A model generated the notes under the pieces. The model was not told where the DNA came from, did no database searches, and saw only the letters and a list, made by a program, of their open reading frames with translations. Positions 61,828 through 64,000 of a DNA stretch of 64,000 nt are shown piece after piece. How positions within the stretch are numbered: position 1 is the first letter of the stretch; the number at the start of each line of letters is the position of its first letter. The position numbers and the translations under genes were made by a program. The DNA is taken from NCBI RefSeq assembly GCF_036321535.1, contig NC_087436.1:15252001-15316000 (forward strand), in the 5' to 3' direction. Source of the DNA: Camelus dromedarius (taxonomy: Eukaryota).

Positions 61828-62081
61828 CTAACAGCAGGAGTCCTCCAGGTCGCCCAGGACCCTGCAGCACAAGATGGAGTGCTCCTGGGCCAAGGCCGCC
61901 AGCTCCTTCAGGAACTCGGGGAAGAGGGCGGCGGCCAGCATGGCGTTCCTCACCGGCGGCGGCAGGCTCGGGGGCGCCCCGGCCACCCTGGCTCTGTGTG
62001 TCAGGAAGGGCTGAAGCACTCTCGGGGGGCCATCCAGAAAGTTCTTGCCACTTCCTGTCCTGGAGGCGTCCTGAATGGGAT
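61828..62081 (-). CDS. FHIP1A: FHIP1A (FAM160A1) last coding exon (DPIQDASRTGSGKNFLDGPPRVLQPFLTH...LFPEFLKELAALAQEHSILCCRVLGDLEDSCC*)
   Basis: Minus-strand acceptor ttctttctggtttcag|AT at 62081; FHIP-family FPEFLKELAA motif; TAG at 61830-61828. FHIP1A is GATB's tail-to-tail neighbour in mammals (recalled synteny). Confidence 0.9.
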
Positions 62082-63594
62082 CTGAAACCAGAAAGAAGCC
62101 AGTCTCGGTGACCCTGCAGAGTCCCTCCCGTTGGCCTCTTAGTGGGGCGTGTGTGCTGCACGGGGGGCAGGGAGGATGGAGGGGCTGGTCTCGGGTCCAG
62201 CGGCCACACCGCCCGCAGGCTGAGGACACGGCCCTGCCCGCCCTCACCCCACTCCGTCTGCAGATCTGCCCTGTGGCTCAGCTCCAGCGCAGGGCCTGTG
62301 ACCTGAGACTTTGATCCCAAGTTCTATATGAGGAACTTCACGCAGCCACTGTGGCAGGAATATGTTTATCAGGAACCCTCCATGCCTAGGACATGGAGGT
62401 CTGGCGGCGAGACAGAAAAAAAGGCATCTCCTGCCGCTGCATCCACAAGTGAAGACTCAGCTCAGCGTGTTATTTAGGGATGTCCAGGGCCTCCACCTGC
62501 TCCCCGGCTCCCGTTGTTGGGGGGCCCATCCTGCCTTGGCCAGCTAAGCCCTGACTGCCCGGCAGAGCTGCAGAAGGCGGACTGGGCTACACACCTGGCC
62601 CGGGCTCCAGCCTCTGGGGCCCCCTGGCCACCCCCAGCTGCTTCTGGCCGGCACCTCCAGCCTTTGTGGAGAACAGAATGGAATTTGCCTCTTAAAGGTT
62701 GGGAATGATGGACAGGAAGCTGGGTGCCAGTGAGACCACACCAGGAACTTCCCTTAACCGTGGGCGTCCGGTGGCAGCGAGTGGCTTGGACCTTCCACTC
62801 GAGGAAAGTTTCCAGGGCTTTCGAGCTCAGTCTCGGGTCTAATGTGAGCCTAAGACCATATGAGCCCAAACTTCAACATGTTCCAGTGATTTGCATTTTC
62901 ACATCTAAATAGTTCTACCAATTAAAACAGTTTGACTTTCCCAACTGTTTAATTCCTCAGCATCTCTGGCCTTTATATTTCTAGGAATTATTTATGCCTT
63001 CTTCTGCCCCCAACTCAGACTCATTACTCCTTATAAATCATTATATTCCAGCTCTTCATTACTTTGGCTGCTTTTTAGAATTCAGCCCCGTTTTTTAACA
63101 CTCCTCTCAGAGTGTCGTTAACTACAGTACTAAAAATTCTTGACATTTATAGTTCTTTCCACATCTCACTAGTATAGTCTTCAGTGTTAAAAAAAAAAAA
63201 AGTCCTCCACTTTACTGCTTTAAATATCCTTTTAGATTAGAGCTTATCACAGTTCGTGCCACAAAGAACTGGAAACGTGGAGAATCTGCTGCCACCTTTC
63301 AGCAGAAACTCACAAGATGTCTTGACAACAGAGTGAGGACAAAAGTGTTGACATCCTTGAGGACACTGCCAGTCTTGAGGACCGTGCCTCAGCACCCCAC
63401 CCCAGCCCTCCAGCCGCTCAGCTCTCCAAAGGGTCCCACGAGGCTCACCAGGGAAGCTGGCCTGGATACGGTGGGGAACGGGACACCGCGGGCACAAGCC
63501 CCAGACCGAGACACGCACTGCTCACGCCAGTTCCCCCCGCCGGCATTCCTTCCCCACGGCTCTGCACACCTAAACCTCGCCAGGCTTGAAGGGA

Positions 63595-63745
63595 CCAGTG
63601 CAGTAGTTAAGAGCATAGACTCTGCCACTTACTGGCGGAGTGACGACAGGCAATTTGCTCTACCTCTCTGTGCTTCCATGTCCTCATCTGTCAAAAGCTC
63701 ACAGTTGTTAGGGATTAAATGAGTCAACAGGTATCACGACACAAG
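63595..63745 (+). mobile_element. MIR SINE
   Basis: 'gtgcagtagttaagagcatagactctgccacttact...tacctctctgtgc...tcctcatctgtcaaa...gggattaaatgag'. Confidence 0.7.
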
Positions 63746-64000
63746 GTGTCAACCATCGTATCACCATCAATTCAGCTGCCGCTGACTTCACAGAGCACCT
63801 CGACTTCCTGCCCAGGAAGTGGTCCCCTGCTCCAGCCCCCACTCGTTTACTTCCCGACCAGGGCTGCAGTGCCCTTCAGCCTTGCCTTGTGGTTTAGGTT
63901 CTTTCTCCTCAGCTAGGCCTTGAGGTTTCTGAGAGCTGAGCCCCTACGTGATGTGTCCTTCGTGGCCCCCAGCGTACTTCCTGATTCACAGGGGAGACTA

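Noticed and set aside
62082..64000. Further FHIP1A exon
   Set aside because: No FHIP-like translation or fitting phase-1 donor found; the penultimate exon probably lies beyond the window.
1..64000. CRISPR arrays, rRNA, snoRNA, operons or defence systems
   Set aside because: No repeat-spacer arrays or recognisable structured RNA genes were seen; the sequence is mammalian.

Overview
Mammalian genomic DNA, most likely from a camelid (a Vic-1-like tRNA-derived SINE is present; no Alu, Bov-A/tA, PRE1 or CanSINE was seen). The + strand carries coding exons 3-13 (human numbering, from memory) of GATB (PET112), the B subunit of the mitochondrial Glu-tRNA(Gln) amidotransferase. These 11 GT-AG exons span 7849-54226 and splice into one open 448-codon frame plus stop; exons 1-2 lie upstream of the window. 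The - strand carries the last coding exon of FHIP1A (FAM160A1; 62081-61828) and probably a ~7 kb 3' UTR. That UTR converges on GATB's 3' end at a 19-bp cluster of poly(A) hexamers for both strands (54783-54801). Two LINE-1s lie antisense to GATB: an older 5'-truncated copy (1-4237) and a young full-length 7.1 kb copy (29911-37010) with a perfect 15-bp TSD and only a few lesions. The most interesting signal is a small ORF in the >400-bp ORF1-ORF2 spacer. It keeps the same start position, frame and VTxxQK motif in both divergent L1 copies, and in the young copy its stop overlaps the ORF2 start. That ORF2 start is non-AUG in both copies (ACG and ACA). The rest is ordinary intronic sequence with MIR, L2, MLT, MER and L1 fragments and microsatellites. 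Repeat family names and comparisons with human come from recall, not from a database search.
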